Positions 63,223 to 64,000 of a DNA stretch of 64,000 nucleotides are shown in pieces. The first letter of the stretch is position 1; each line of letters opens with the position of its first letter. A model generated the notes under the pieces. The model did not search any database and was not told where the DNA came from. It saw only the letters and a program-made list of their open reading frames with translations. The DNA lies in contig JAWMAR010000473.1 of NCBI GenBank assembly GCA_036785375.1, positions 682,001-746,000 on the forward strand, written 5' to 3'. This DNA comes from Leucoraja ocellata. Lineage: Eukaryota. The position numbers and the translations under genes were made by a program.

Positions 63223-64000
63223 ATGTCACGTAATACTATCAAATTGGTGTCACTCAATGTAAATGGGATGAATAATCCAGTTAAAAGGAGTAAGGTCCTG
63301 GCTAAACTGAAAAAAGAAAAGGCCCAGGTACTATTTTTACAAGAAACCCACCTGCCTCAACAAGAACATGAGAAACTAAAACGCTTTGGCTTTAAAAATG
63401 CATTTTATAGTTCCTATAAAACTAACCAAAAGAGGGGAGTGGCTATCCTTATTACAAATGCAGTCCAATTTGAATGCCATAAAGAAGCCAGGGACAAAGA
63501 GGGAATGTATGTATTAGTTAAAGGAAAGTTGGAAAACAAAGTCGTGACACTGATCAATGTATATGCCCCCCCAGAGAGTGCCAAATGTTTTTTCAAAACT
63601 CTGTTTGACATTATTGCTTTAGAGACTGAAGGTATTTTGATATGTGGAGGGGACTTCAATGTGGTCATGAATCATAATTTGGATACAACAAGCCTAAAAA
63701 AAACCAAGATGCATCTGACCAAGTTTATTAACACATCAGTACAGGAAATGGGCCTAATTGATTTTTGGAGAGAACTTCGCCCTATAGAAAGGGACTACAC
63801 ACACTATTCAGTACCTCACTCAGTCTACTCCAGGATTGACTACTTTTTAATGAATACGGGTGAAAGTCACAGGATCACAGAGTGTAAAATCGGGGTGGCA
63901 GATGTATCTGATCACAGTGCGATCAGCTTGACAGTACACCTGAATAGTAGAAAAAGAAATACTGTTTGGAGGCTCAATGTGGGTATTTTGAATAATAAGG
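63223..64000 (+). CDS. L1 ORF2 N-terminal APE endonuclease, open to the window end (absent from the ORF track because there is no stop)
   Basis: Hand-translated 259 codons without a stop: MSRNTIKLVSLNVNGMNNPVKR...FLQETHL...RGVAIL...INVYAP...CGGDFN...YSRIDYFL...SDHSAI...WRLN. Confidence 0.92.
   Translation, partial: MSRNTIKLVSLNVNGMNNPVKRSKVLAKLKKEKAQVLFLQETHLPQQEHEKLKRFGFKNAFYSSYKTNQKRGVAILITNAVQFECHKEARDKEGMYVLVKGKLENKVVTLINVYAPPESAKCFFKTLFDIIALETEGILICGGDFNVVMNHNLDTTSLKKTKMHLTKFINTSVQEMGLIDFWRELRPIERDYTHYSVPHSVYSRIDYFLMNTGESHRITECKIGVADVSDHSAISLTVHLNSRKRNTVWRLNVGILNNK

Larger units (their letters stand above)
61766..64000 (+). mobile_element. L1-clade LINE, 5' portion (5'UTR, ORF1, spacer, start of ORF2); continues beyond the window
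   Basis: 5' end GGGACTTCCGGTGGCG...AGATGGCTGC, followed by L1-type ORF1 and APE endonuclease in order. Confidence 0.93.

Overview
Eukaryotic, AT-rich, repeat-dense vertebrate DNA, most likely intronic or intergenic. The repeat set (HE1/V-SINE-type SINEs sharing a 3' tail with CR1/HER1 LINEs, DeuSINE remnants, many Penelope-derived pieces) points to a cartilaginous fish, probably a skate or ray; this is an inference from recalled repeat families, not a database result. I cannot support any host protein-coding gene, rRNA, tRNA or CRISPR array. Nearly all ORFs in the track are transposon remnants, antisense shadows or low-complexity artefacts. Main elements: (1) a CR1 LINE retaining both ends, with three nested insertions (2131-5931); (2) a Penelope-like RT/GIY-YIG element with a twin-priming-type inversion and a 14-bp TSD (53096-54557); (3) the 5' part of a young L1 with an intact endonuclease frame (61766-end); (4) two PIF/Harbinger MITEs; (5) L2, Rex/Babar and RTE fragments. 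The most unusual signals are a family of short, often fold-back, Penelope-terminus elements carrying minimal hammerhead-ribozyme motifs, a composite templated insertion at about 32 kb, and a SOX/T-box/GLI motif cluster at 51.8 kb. I did not find convincing evidence of a wholly new biological system. Boundaries of old repeats are approximate, to within tens of bp.
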